DNA from: an uncultured delta proteobacterium
Lineage (GTDB): Bacteria > Desulfobacterota > Desulfobacteria > Desulfobacterales > QNYZ01
Assembly: GCA_963845145.1 (NCBI GenBank)
Contig: CAWJQU010000002.1
Location: 64,001-128,000, forward strand
DNA: 64,000 bases
Direction of reading: 5' to 3'
A model generated the notes under the pieces. That model did not search any database. It was given only the letters and a program-made list of their open reading frames with translations, and was not told the DNA's origin. This document shows, in pieces, positions 1 to 9,900 of the stretch; within the stretch, counting starts at the first letter, position 1, and every line of letters begins with the position of its first letter. A program made the translations under genes and the position numbers.

Positions 1-1
1 C

Positions 2-514
2 ATGGATCTTGAAAAAATAGATGCCGTAGTAGACGAACTGCACGCCAGCCCATCCATCATCGTCATCGGGTCTCGGCTCTCGTTTACTTTGGCCTACTAT
101 TTCGGATGGTCTTTAACCAAAATAAAGCCGAATATCAGCATCTTAAAAGGAAGCGACAGCACCGTATTGGACGCCCTCACTTTTGCGCCGGAAAACAGCC
201 TGATCCTCATTATCGCTACCACTCGGTATCCCAATGAACTGATTCGTATCGGGAAATTTGCCCAGCGGCTCAAACATCGCCTCATTGTTCTCTGCGACGG
301 TACGACCTGTCCTCTGATTCAGTTTGCCGACGCCTCCCTGGTGGCACCTCTGAAGAATATACCCTTTATCGGCAGCCCCACCGCGCTGGGTTGCCTGATC
401 AATTTTATTATTCAGGAGTTGGCCGCCAAAAGGGGAAACAGCCTTAAAACACATCAGCAAAAACTGGAGCAAACCTATTGGGAGAATGACGTCCTTTTCA
501 ATATGACGGTCTAA
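2..514 (+). CDS. MurR/RpiR-family transcriptional regulator, C-terminal SIS domain (5' end outside window)
   Basis: SIS-like pattern IIVIGSRLSFTLAYYF...LIIATTRYPNE...SLVAP; frame open from the window edge. Confidence 0.7.
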   Translation: MDLEKIDAVVDELHASPSIIVIGSRLSFTLAYYFGWSLTKIKPNISILKGSDSTVLDALTFAPENSLILIIATTRYPNELIRIGKFAQRLKHRLIVLCDGTTCPLIQFADASLVAPLKNIPFIGSPTALGCLINFIIQELAAKRGNSLKTHQQKLEQTYWENDVLFNMTV

Positions 515-537
515 TCCAGGTCAGTAATCCAGGTCAG
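512..537. repeat. Perfect 13-bp tandem duplication TAATCCAGGTCAG x2
   Basis: 512-524 and 525-537 are identical; ends 2 bp before the putative -35 box. Confidence 0.9.
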
Positions 538-539
538 TC

Positions 540-568
540 TTGACAGCCATTTTTTTTTCTGCCAATGT
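540..568 (+). promoter_or_regulatory. Putative sigma70 promoter of the arg leader/argG operon
   Basis: TTGACA (540-545), 17-bp spacer, TGn-extended -10 CAATGT (TG 560-561; 563-568). Confidence 0.6.
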
Positions 569-599
569 GATGTTTAAAATTTTAGAGAGACTTCAATCC

Positions 600-692
600 A
601 TGTTTTCGTTTCGTTTGACAACTCGTCAGAATATCCGTCGCCGCCGGCGTCTTAGACGCATTCCGGCCGGGTGTTCTTTGCGAAAGACATGA
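600..692 (+). CDS. Arg-rich leader peptide MFSFRLTTRQNIRRRRRLRRIPAGCSLRKT (30 aa)
   Basis: Manually translated ATG600-TGA692; 10/30 Arg with 5 consecutive (636-650); purine-rich AGAGAGA upstream; lies between promoter and terminator upstream of argG. Confidence 0.85.
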   Translation: MFSFRLTTRQNIRRRRRLRRIPAGCSLRKT

Positions 693-733
693 TACCGTAA
701 AAACAAATCAGTTCATCGTAAAAAACCCCGGCC
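665..733 (+). promoter_or_regulatory. Putative antiterminator helix
   Basis: GGCCGGG-T-GTT-C-TTTGCGA (665-683) is complementary to TCGTAAA-A-AAC-CCCGGCC (716-733), which includes the terminator's 5' arm. Confidence 0.75.
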
Positions 734-750
734 AAGGCCGGGGTTTTTTT
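720..750 (+). terminator. Intrinsic terminator (attenuator) in argG leader
   Basis: CCCCGGC-CAAG-GCCGGGG (726-743) followed by T7 (744-750), preceded by an A-run. Confidence 0.9.
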
Positions 751-844
751 ATTTTGACGACGAAGCACCAGCCCGTCGTGATGGGGCATATGAATTCACA
801 GCACATAAGGATTCGCAGCCTATTTACTTAATTAAGGGGGAAAA

Positions 845-2110
845 ATGGCAGAGAAAGGTATTAAAAAAGTGGTTCTGGCCTATAGCGGCGGACTGGACAC
901 ATCGGTTATCGTGCCCTGGTTAAAAGAAAACTACGACAATTGCGAAGTGATCTGTTTCACAGCCGATTTGGGCCAGGCGGAAGAACTGGATGGGTTGGAG
1001 GAGAAGGCCTTGGCATCAGGCGCCAGCAAATTGATAGTGAAAGATTTGCGCGAGGAGTTTATCCAGGACTACATCTTTCCCACCCTTCAGGCCGGAGCGA
1101 TCTACGAACGCGAATATTTATTGGGCACCTCCTTTGCTCGTCCGTTAATCGCCAAGCATATGGTGGCTGTCGCTGAAGCCGAAGGCGCGGATGCCCTGGC
1201 CCACGGATGCACCGGCAAGGGAAACGACCAGGTCCGATTTGAGCTGGCCAGCATGGCTCTGAACCCCAAGCTGCAGACCATTGCACCCTGGCGCGAATGG
1301 GATATTCGCAGTCGTGAGGATGCCATTCAATATGCCAAACGATATCAAATCCCCATCGCCCAGACAGAAAAAGATATTTATAGCCGGGATCGGAACATTT
1401 TTCATCTTTCCCATGAGGGAGGCCTTTTGGAAGACCCCTGGAATGAGCCCGCTGCCGATATGTACCAGCTAACCGTCAATCCGGAAGACGCCCCGGATGA
1501 TCCGGAATATATTGAAATCGGATATGAGAAGGGTAATCCAATAAGCGTAAACGGTGAAACCGTATCCGCAGTGGACCTTTTTACCCGCCTCAATAAAATC
1601 GCCGGGGCACATGGGATCGGGAGGGTGGACATCGTGGAAAACCGGTTGGTGGGGATGAAAAGCCGGGGTGTCTACGAAACGCCGGCGGGAACGGTGCTGC
1701 TCAAAGGGCACCAGGCCCTGGAAAGCATCTGCATGGACAAGCACACCATGCATTACAAGGATTTCGTAGCCGTCAAATATGCGGAATTGGTGTACAACGG
1801 CATGTGGTTTATGCCGCTCCGTCAGGCCCTGGACGCCTTTGTTCAGAGTACCCAGCAGCATGTGACCGGGACCGTACGGCTCAAGCTATACAAAGGCAAT
1901 ATTATCATTGCCGGTCGAAAAAGTCCTTTCAGTCTATATCGTGAAGATTACGCCTCCTTCGGAGAAGAAGATGTTTACAATCAACAGGATGCCCATGGCT
2001 TTATCCAATTGTTTGGGCTACCGCTTAAAGTCGAAGCCCTGGTTGCCATTGAAGGCACGGGTGATACCCGCTATCGCACGCCGGATTACAGCCAGTTTAA
2101 GCGAGACTAA
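845..2110 (+). CDS. argG: Argininosuccinate synthase
   Basis: [33 protein letters not shown] motifs. Confidence 0.98.
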   Translation: MAEKGIKKVVLAYSGGLDTSVIVPWLKENYDNCEVICFTADLGQAEELDGLEEKALASGASKLIVKDLREEFIQDYIFPTLQAGAIYEREYLLGTSFARPLIAKHMVAVAEAEGADALAHGCTGKGNDQVRFELASMALNPKLQTIAPWREWDIRSREDAIQYAKRYQIPIAQTEKDIYSRDRNIFHLSHEGGLLEDPWNEPAADMYQLTVNPEDAPDDPEYIEIGYEKGNPISVNGETVSAVDLFTRLNKIAGAHGIGRVDIVENRLVGMKSRGVYETPAGTVLLKGHQALESICMDKHTMHYKDFVAVKYAELVYNGMWFMPLRQALDAFVQSTQQHVTGTVRLKLYKGNIIIAGRKSPFSLYREDYASFGEEDVYNQQDAHGFIQLFGLPLKVEALVAIEGTGDTRYRTPDYSQFKRD

Positions 2111-2272
2111 AAGTGGGGCCAAACCAGTTTTGTTCGATTTGGATCGGTTTGACATTCACCCCCGTTTTTGAGATACATCCTTCGACTTTACCAGGCTAAA
2201 AAACGTCGAATTTACCGGGTCCAAATACGCGGGTTGATCCGCCCGGTTTAATTCAACGGGGTCGTTGAAAAA

Positions 2273-2317
2273 TTAGTTGTATCAATTTGGGTCGTATCAA
2301 TTTTAGTCGTGTCAATT
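2273..2317. repeat. Three imperfect 15-bp tandem repeats upstream of pyrB
   Basis: TTAGTTGTATCAATT / TGGGTCGTATCAATT / TTAGTCGTGTCAATT. Confidence 0.8.
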
Positions 2318-2330
2318 TGAGGGGGCACAG

Positions 2331-3413
2331 ATGTCGTACACAGCAAAACAGACCAAACAGTTCTATAAAGGCTGGGACGAATTTTACACCAAACCCGAAG
2401 ATGAAAAAATCGACTTCTTCAAACAGGGCACACGCCTGTTCGATGTCATCTTTGCCCAGCAATTTGACCGTCCCTTTTTGGATTTTATCTGCCGCTTGTC
2501 GGACCAGATCCGCCAGATGGCCAAAACGAAAATGGGCGCGCATAAATTGAGGCATCTGCTGCCCCACAAACGTTGTATGCTCTATTTTGTTCAGCCCTCC
2601 ACGCGGACCTTTCTCTCCTTTTTGAATGCCTGCCATATTCTTGGACTGAATGTATCCGAAAGCCGAGGCACGAGTACAAGTTCAGAGGTAAAGGGCGAAT
2701 CCCAGGAGGACACCATTCGCACCTTCGCCAGCTATGTCGACCTGATTGTGGCCCGTCATCCGGAGGCCGGATTTGCAGAAAAAACCGCCTGGGTTCTCAA
2801 CCAGACTGCCCGTCCGGTTCCCATCATCAACGGAGGGTCCGGGCCCGACCAGCATCCCACCCAGGCACTTTTAGATATCTATACGCTTGAAAGATCTTTT
2901 CAATACATCGGGGGGCTGGACGGTAAAAAGATTGCCATGGTGGGGGACTTAAAAAGAGGCCGGACGGTGCGTTCTCTGAGCTACCTGATGAAAAACTATC
3001 GGGACGTCACCTTGTATTTTGTTTCACCGGATATTTTTCGAATGAAACCCGATATATTAAGCTTTCTCGAAAAACACCGCATCGAATACCATCAAACCGA
3101 TGATTTCGAAAGCATCATGCCACATGTGGACGCCATTTACATGACCCGAATTCAGGACGAATATGGGGACCAAACATCGACGGAAACCGGGTCCTATCCG
3201 GAATTTCATTTCAAAGTCGACCATCTGGCCAAGATCCAGCCTCATTGTGCGCTTTTGCATCCCCTGCCGCGACGATACGAAATCGAAGTCGATGTTGACC
3301 AGGACCCCCGCGCAGCCTATTGGCGCCAGGAGCGAAACGGCATGTGGCTGCGGGCGGCTTTGATTGCCTATATTTTCAGGGTCGACGATTGTATTTCCAA
3401 AGAATTTGATTGA
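2331..3413 (+). CDS. pyrB: Aspartate carbamoyltransferase catalytic subunit
   Basis: PSTRT, SSEVKGES, HPTQ, GDLKRGRTVRSL, YMTRIQ, HPLP: ATCase-type rather than OTC-type (HCLP) signatures. Confidence 0.88.
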   Translation: MSYTAKQTKQFYKGWDEFYTKPEDEKIDFFKQGTRLFDVIFAQQFDRPFLDFICRLSDQIRQMAKTKMGAHKLRHLLPHKRCMLYFVQPSTRTFLSFLNACHILGLNVSESRGTSTSSEVKGESQEDTIRTFASYVDLIVARHPEAGFAEKTAWVLNQTARPVPIINGGSGPDQHPTQALLDIYTLERSFQYIGGLDGKKIAMVGDLKRGRTVRSLSYLMKNYRDVTLYFVSPDIFRMKPDILSFLEKHRIEYHQTDDFESIMPHVDAIYMTRIQDEYGDQTSTETGSYPEFHFKVDHLAKIQPHCALLHPLPRRYEIEVDVDQDPRAAYWRQERNGMWLRAALIAYIFRVDDCISKEFD

Positions 3414-3550
3414 CCCTGAACAGCATGGGGGTAGCCATAATTTATAACGGCCTTTCACACGTCTGATGGGCAAAACATAAAAGATATAAAAACAGTAGAA
3501 AACCAGCGCCAACCAACAACCGACTTTTTACGGAGTATTTACAACTACCC

Positions 3551-4663
3551 ATGAATAAAACCGCCAGACTCATTCTTTCCGACGGGAGGCTTTTCGAAGG
3601 TCAATCACTGGGGGCGGAAGGAACCACCAGTGGGGAAGTCGTTTTCAACACGGCCATGACCGGGTATCAGGAGATCCTTACCGATCCCTCCTACCACTAC
3701 CAGCTGATCACCATGACCTATCCCCAAATCGGCAATTACGGTGTGAATGCCACCGATTTCGAGTCGCGCCGCATTCGTGCCGCCGGTTTTATCATTCGAG
3801 AATACAGCCCCATGGTCAGTCATTGGCAGGCAAATCGGACGCTGGACGCCTATCTGAAGCATCACCAAATTGTTGCCATTAGTGAAATCGACACTCGTGC
3901 GTTAACCCGTCATCTCCGGGATCAGGGGGCTCAAATGGGTGTGATTACCACAGCCACCGATACCAAAGAAGACCTGATTGAAAAATTGGGTCAGGAGAAA
4001 AAACTTGTGGGGCGCGATCTGGCCGAGGAAGTGACGGCCAAGCAACCTTACGACTGGCCGCCGAATGATACCGAACCGCTGAATATGGATACATCGTATC
4101 GCGTAGCTGTCTACGATTTTGGAATCAAGTATTCGATTTTAAGACAACTTCACCGGCATGGTTGCCGATTGCGGGTGTTTCCGGCGAATACACCGCCCGA
4201 GGAAATATTGGACTGGAATCCCGATGGTATTTTCCTTTCCAACGGCCCCGGTGATCCTGAACCGGTGACCTATGCCATTGATGCAGTGCGGCAACTATTG
4301 AATCGCAAGCCGATTTTCGGCATCTGCCTGGGGCATCAGATATTAGGCCTGGCGCTGGGTGGCCAAACCACCAAACTGAAATTCGGGCACCACGGAGCCA
4401 ATCACCCGGTTAAAAATCTGGTGACCGGTCAGGTAGAGATCACTTCTCAAAATCATGGTTTCATGGTGAACATCGACAGCCTTCCACCCGACGATGTGGC
4501 CATTACCCATATAAATCTAAACGACCAAACCCTTGAAGGGTTTAAGCATAAACACATTCCGGCGTTTTCGGTGCAATACCACCCCGAATCGGCGCCCGGG
4601 CCCCATGACAGTGATTATCTGTTTGAACATTTTATCGAGGATATGAAGACATTTAATGCCTAA
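3551..4663 (+). CDS. carA: Carbamoyl-phosphate synthase small subunit
   Basis: [35 protein letters not shown]. Confidence 0.98.
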   Translation: MNKTARLILSDGRLFEGQSLGAEGTTSGEVVFNTAMTGYQEILTDPSYHYQLITMTYPQIGNYGVNATDFESRRIRAAGFIIREYSPMVSHWQANRTLDAYLKHHQIVAISEIDTRALTRHLRDQGAQMGVITTATDTKEDLIEKLGQEKKLVGRDLAEEVTAKQPYDWPPNDTEPLNMDTSYRVAVYDFGIKYSILRQLHRHGCRLRVFPANTPPEEILDWNPDGIFLSNGPGDPEPVTYAIDAVRQLLNRKPIFGICLGHQILGLALGGQTTKLKFGHHGANHPVKNLVTGQVEITSQNHGFMVNIDSLPPDDVAITHINLNDQTLEGFKHKHIPAFSVQYHPESAPGPHDSDYLFEHFIEDMKTFNA

Positions 4664-7600
4664 ACGCAAAGACATCAAACGCATTCTAATTATCGGCTCC
4701 GGCCCGATTGTCATCGGTCAGGCCTGTGAATTTGACTACTCGGGCTCCCAGGCCTGCAAGGCCCTTCGCGAAGAGGGGTTTATCGTCATCCTTATCAACA
4801 GCAATCCGGCCACGATCATGACGGACCCCGAATTTTCGGACAAGACCTTCATCGAACCGCTAAACGCCGACGCTGTGGCGAAAATCATCGAGCAGGAGCG
4901 CCCGGACGCACTTTTACCCACTTTAGGCGGTCAGACAAGCTTGAACCTGGCCGTAGAGCTGGCCCAAAACGGTGTTCTGGAAAAATTCGGGGTTGAATTG
5001 ATCGGCGCTAACCTGGAGACAATCCAAGTCGCCGAAGACCGCGAGCTCTTTCGAAACGCCATGGGGGAGATCGGGTTAAAGGTGCCTGATGGTGGTTGTG
5101 CACGAACGATCGATGAAGCGCGAGCCCTCAAGGATGAAATCGGATTTCCCCTCATTATTCGACCGGCTTTTACATTGGGTGGTATCGGTGGCAGCGTGGT
5201 TTACAATCAGGAGGAGTTTACCAAAGCCGCCCAATGGGGGCTTGACGCCAGCCCGGTCACCGAAATCCTGATTGAGCAATCGGTTCTAGGTTGGAAAGAG
5301 TACGAGTTGGAAGTCATGCGGGATGGGGCTGATAATTTCGTCATCGTCTGCTCCATTGAAAATTTCGACCCCATGGGTATCCACACCGGGGACAGCATCA
5401 CCGTGGCCCCCGCCCAGACGCTCACCGATGTGGAATACCAGACCATGCGGGATGCGGCCAAAAAAATCGTCACCCGTGTAGGGGTAGAAACCGGTGGGGC
5501 CAATATCCAGTTTGCCCTGAATCCCGCCGACGGCGACATGGTGGTCATTGAAATGAACCCGCGGGTATCGCGCAGTTCGGCCCTGGCTTCTAAAGCCACG
5601 GGATTTCCCATTGCCAAAATCGCTGCCAAACTCGCTGTCGGCTATCGTCTGGATGAACTGCCCAACGATATCACCCGAAAAACCCCGGCCTGTTTTGAGC
5701 CGGCTATTGACTATGTGGTGGTTAAAATACCCCGCTGGGATTTTGAAAAATTTCCCGGTAATGACCACCGTCTGACCTCCCAGATGAAGTCTGTGGGTGA
5801 AGCCATGGGCATCGGCCGCACGTTTAAGGAGGCGTTGAATAAAACCTTACGATCTCTGGAAAACGGCTGGTTCGGATTTCACAAAAAGGATGCCAACGAT
5901 TATAACGATATGTCCAAAGAAACGCTGCTGGACGACATTCGCAGGGGAACACCCGATCGAATTTTAAAACTCTGGCAAGGTTTCTCCTTAGGGTTGTCTC
6001 CGGCGGAATTATCAACAATCACGGGCATCGATGTCTGGTTTTTGAAGAACCTGCACCAGATATTTGAATTAGAGTCCGACCTATGGATCGAATACCGCAA
6101 AACCAACACCATTCAAGCTTCTAGCCTGAAAAAAGCCAAGCAGTGGGGTTTTTCCGATCGTCACATTGCTTTTTTAACGGGCAAACCCGAAGAAGAAGTT
6201 CGTGCCATGCGCAAACAGCACGGGATTATACCCGCCTATAAAATTGTGGACACCTGTGCGGCGGAATTCGTCTCTTATACGCCTTACTACTACTCCTCCT
6301 ACGACGAGGAAAATGAATCGGTCGCTTCGAATAAAAAGAAAGTGATGATCCTGGGCGGCGGGCCCAATCGCATCGGCCAGGGAATCGAATTCGACTACTG
6401 TTGTGTGCACGGGATTCTCGCCTTGAGATCTTTAGGCATTGAAGCCATCATGGTGAATTGCAACCCCGAGACGGTCAGTACGGATTATGATGTGGCCGAC
6501 AAGCTCTATTTCGAGCCTTTAACTTACGAAGATGTGCTGAACGTGGCCCGCTTGGAAAAGCCCGATGGCGTGATCATCCAATTCGGCGGCCAAACCCCTT
6601 TGAACCTGGCCCTTCCCCTTGAAAAAGCAGGGATTCCTATCTGGGGTACATCCCCCGACTCCATTGATCTGGCTGAGGACCGGGATCGCTTCGGCGCGTT
6701 ATTGGATAAACTTGACATCCCCCACCCTCGCTACGGCACGGCGACATCCGTCGAGGAAGCGGTAGAAGTGGGAAAAAATGTTGGCTTCCCCTTGATGGTT
6801 CGCCCTTCATATGTGCTGGGTGGAAGAGCCATGGAAATCGTCTACGATGTGGATTCACTCAAATACTATATGCAACATGCCGTCAATGCCTCGGAAGAAC
6901 ACCCGGTTTTACTGGATCGGTTTCTGGAGGATGCATATGAATTTGATGTGGACGCCATCAGCGACGGCGAGACCACCCGTATCTGTGGTGTCATGCAGCA
7001 CATCGAAGAGGCCGGCGTTCATTCGGGTGATAGCATGGCAGTCTTGCCGCCCTATCTTCTGTCACGCGAACAAAATGAAGACATTAAGGAATATACGAGC
7101 CAACTGGCTAAAGCGTTAAACGTCAAAGGCTTGCTGAACATCCAGTTCGCCATCATGTACGACACCCTTTATGTGATCGAAGTCAACCCCCGGGCTTCAC
7201 GTACCGTGCCCTTTGTCAGTAAGGTGACGGGAATCCCCATCGCCAAGCTGGCCACGGAGGTAATGGCCGGGAAAAAACTGTCGCAACTCAACATTCCATT
7301 TAGGGACAATCTCCCCTATGTGGCGGTTAAAGAGTCCGTGTTTCCCTTTGACCGATTTGACAAAGCGGATATCTTTCTCAGGCCTGAAATGCGTTCCACG
7401 GGAGAAGTGATGGGTATCGGCCCCACCTTTGGTGAAGCGGTTTTTAAAGCGTTTCAAGCCACCGGGATCAATATTGCGGAATCGGGAACCGTATTCATCA
7501 GCGTAAACGACAATGATAAAGCGCGAGCCCTATCCATTGCCGAGGGGCTGGCCAAACTCGATTATAAACTGGTGGCCACCAGCGGAACGGCGGAATTCTT

Positions 7601-7880
7601 TTCCACGCGCGGGCTGGACGTGGAAACGGTATTAAAGGTGAGAGAAGGTCGGCCCAATATCATTGATAGTATCAAAAACCATGCGATCGACCTGATCATC
7701 AATACCCCTTTGGGTCACCGGTCACGTGAAGATGAATACGCCATTGGCTGGACCGCACTGAAAACCCGGGTCCCTTTTATCACCACGTTATCAGCGGCTG
7801 AATCCATAGTTCGTGGACTGCGAACGGTTCAAAGAAAACCCTTGGAGTACCGATGTTTGCAGGACTATTATCAGCTATAG
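4656..7880 (+). CDS. carB: Carbamoyl-phosphate synthase large subunit
   Basis: [21 protein letters not shown], duplicated ATP-grasp halves, C-terminal MGS-like domain. Confidence 0.98.
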   Translation: MPKRKDIKRILIIGSGPIVIGQACEFDYSGSQACKALREEGFIVILINSNPATIMTDPEFSDKTFIEPLNADAVAKIIEQERPDALLPTLGGQTSLNLAVELAQNGVLEKFGVELIGANLETIQVAEDRELFRNAMGEIGLKVPDGGCARTIDEARALKDEIGFPLIIRPAFTLGGIGGSVVYNQEEFTKAAQWGLDASPVTEILIEQSVLGWKEYELEVMRDGADNFVIVCSIENFDPMGIHTGDSITVAPAQTLTDVEYQTMRDAAKKIVTRVGVETGGANIQFALNPADGDMVVIEMNPRVSRSSALASKATGFPIAKIAAKLAVGYRLDELPNDITRKTPACFEPAIDYVVVKIPRWDFEKFPGNDHRLTSQMKSVGEAMGIGRTFKEALNKTLRSLENGWFGFHKKDANDYNDMSKETLLDDIRRGTPDRILKLWQGFSLGLSPAELSTITGIDVWFLKNLHQIFELESDLWIEYRKTNTIQASSLKKAKQWGFSDRHIAFLTGKPEEEVRAMRKQHGIIPAYKIVDTCAAEFVSYTPYYYSSYDEENESVASNKKKVMILGGGPNRIGQGIEFDYCCVHGILALRSLGIEAIMVNCNPETVSTDYDVADKLYFEPLTYEDVLNVARLEKPDGVIIQFGGQTPLNLALPLEKAGIPIWGTSPDSIDLAEDRDRFGALLDKLDIPHPRYGTATSVEEAVEVGKNVGFPLMVRPSYVLGGRAMEIVYDVDSLKYYMQHAVNASEEHPVLLDRFLEDAYEFDVDAISDGETTRICGVMQHIEEAGVHSGDSMAVLPPYLLSREQNEDIKEYTSQLAKALNVKGLLNIQFAIMYDTLYVIEVNPRASRTVPFVSKVTGIPIAKLATEVMAGKKLSQLNIPFRDNLPYVAVKESVFPFDRFDKADIFLRPEMRSTGEVMGIGPTFGEAVFKAFQATGINIAESGTVFISVNDNDKARALSIAEGLAKLDYKLVATSGTAEFFSTRGLDVETVLKVREGRPNIIDSIKNHAIDLIINTPLGHRSREDEYAIGWTALKTRVPFITTLSAAESIVRGLRTVQRKPLEYRCLQDYYQL

Positions 7881-7944
7881 CACGCATCCAAATCAGGCTA
7901 GCATGACTACCCATCCGAGGCCGCCATCCGTCAAGTATACCGGA

Positions 7945-8946
7945 TCAACTTCCTAAAGTGGCGACCATTATGGCCTTAATAGTATGAATGCGATTTTCAG
8001 CCTCATCAAAAACAATGGAGGCCTCGGATTCAAACACCGCTTCGGTGACTTCCATGGATTCGATCCCAAACTTTTGGTAGATCTTTTCACCGATCTCGGT
8101 GTCACGATTGTGAAAGGCCGGTAGGCAGTGTAAAAATTTTACCTTTGCATTGCCGGTTTTTTCCATAACGGCCGTATTGACCTGGTATGGCTTAAGCAGG
8201 TTAATCCGATCTTTCCACACATCATCCGCTTCTCCCATGGATACCCACACATCCGTGCTGATAAAGTCGCAATCTTTCACGCCCTCATCGATGTCATCGG
8301 TAACCAAAATTGTTGCCCCGGTCTGCTTGGCGATTTCTTGTACCCGGGCAACCAGGGTCGTATCCGGCTGAAGTGCTTTTGGGGCAACGGCTCTAAAATC
8401 CATTCCCATCTTGGCCGTCCCGATGAGCAGGGAATTGGCCATATTGTTGCGTGCGTCGCCCAGATAAGCGACCTTATTCTCACTTAACGGTTTGTCGCTG
8501 TGCTCGATCATGGTCAATAAGTCCGCCAGAACCTGGGTGGGATGGTATTGATCGGTCAATCCGTTCCAGACGGGCACCCCGGCATATTGAGCCAACGTTT
8601 CGACAAGGTTCTGCCCAAACCCCCGGTATTGGATGCCGTCGTACATGCGACCCAAAACCCGGGCCGTATCTTTCATCGATTCCTTGGCGCCCATCTGGGA
8701 CCCGGTTGGCCCCAAATAGGTAACATGGGCACCTTGATCATAGGCCGCCACTTCAAAAGCACAACGCGTACGGGTGGACGATTTTTCAAAGATGAGGGCG
8801 ATATTCTTACCCCGCAGTTGTTGTTGCGCCACACCACTGTATTTCGCTTTCTTAAGATCCGTAGAGAGGTCCAGTAAAAATTTGATCTCCCTGGGCGAAA
8901 AGTCGAGAAGCGTTAAAAAATGTCGATGCTTCAGGTTAAATGCCAT
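7945..8946 (-). CDS. argF: Ornithine carbamoyltransferase
   Basis: [34 protein letters not shown]. Confidence 0.95.
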   Translation of the reverse strand: MAFNLKHRHFLTLLDFSPREIKFLLDLSTDLKKAKYSGVAQQQLRGKNIALIFEKSSTRTRCAFEVAAYDQGAHVTYLGPTGSQMGAKESMKDTARVLGRMYDGIQYRGFGQNLVETLAQYAGVPVWNGLTDQYHPTQVLADLLTMIEHSDKPLSENKVAYLGDARNNMANSLLIGTAKMGMDFRAVAPKALQPDTTLVARVQEIAKQTGATILVTDDIDEGVKDCDFISTDVWVSMGEADDVWKDRINLLKPYQVNTAVMEKTGNAKVKFLHCLPAFHNRDTEIGEKIYQKFGIESMEVTEAVFESEASIVFDEAENRIHTIKAIMVATLGS

Positions 8947-9087
8947 TCTATCACTCCATATTTATATGCGGTCACATTTTTAAGATCAAATCAATAAACC
9001 AACATCCGTCATCGATTCCCCAGCGACAAGCGTTTAACGTTGAATTCGGTTGCGTCCTCGGCCCTGTCGCACCAGAAACCCGATCCA

Positions 9088-9486
9088 TTATTCCATACTC
9101 TTACCAAGAGTCTCATATTGTACAAATCGATCGATACGTGTCTGATCCGCTTCAGAGATGTTTATAAATTGACAACCGACAGCGATATGTCCGAACAAAT
9201 CATGATCGACAACCCACTGAACCTTAAGGTCAATTTCGGTGATAAACGCCAGCTTCAATTTTCCCATGATTTTTTTCAGGATAAATGTATCACCGATTTC
9301 AATCGGGTGTTGATCGTTTCGGAATATAAAAAACTTTAGACCGACGGCACTGATATCGGCAATATTGTAGGAAAGCAAATCGGCGGTGATCTTTGGAGAC
9401 TCGAAGAAACCGACGACTTCATCATCAGATGTAAAAACATGGCGTTGAAACTCTCTTTTTTCAGATCCATTAAAGTCATTTTGCAT
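9088..9486 (-). CDS. PilZ-domain protein
   Basis: RxxxR (REFQR) and DxSxxG (DISAVG) motifs; start placed at ATG 9486. Confidence 0.75.
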   Translation of the reverse strand: MQNDFNGSEKREFQRHVFTSDDEVVGFFESPKITADLLSYNIADISAVGLKFFIFRNDQHPIEIGDTFILKKIMGKLKLAFITEIDLKVQWVVDHDLFGHIAVGCQFINISEADQTRIDRFVQYETLGKSME

Positions 9487-9900
9487 CGTTCCCCCACCCA
9501 ATCAAATAGATTCGATTTCCATTCGCTTTCGAACACCTATCCCGATGAGCGCTAAGCGAGATCGGCACACTGACTCGAAACCGACGGATACCACCGGACC
9601 AAAAACAGGGCCAATAAGCCAATTTTAAGATAACCTAATGTTTGAAGCAAGGCTAAAATCTCCTTGACGGTTTTTAGTTTCTTTTTATGATTTGAAAAAC
9701 CGCCCAGGCGTGTTTCATCGTAACAACAAAACTTGTGGCTCTTAAAAGCTACCGACCCTGTAAAATGGAACGAAACTTAACCATACATTGATTTTTCAAA
9801 ATCCCTATATTATTAAACAAATTTAAAACTTGTAGATTCCGGCAACTTTTAAAAAGGGGTATTCAAAACGCCGGATAATATATAGCGTGGTTTTTGTAGA

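Noticed and set aside
575..760. T-box or metabolite riboswitch in the argG leader
   Set aside because: No T-box motif or recognisable aptamer; the uORF and alternative stems explain the structure
2182..2317. Short repeats as a CRISPR array
   Set aside because: Units are 15-24 bp, adjacent without spacers, and no cas genes are present
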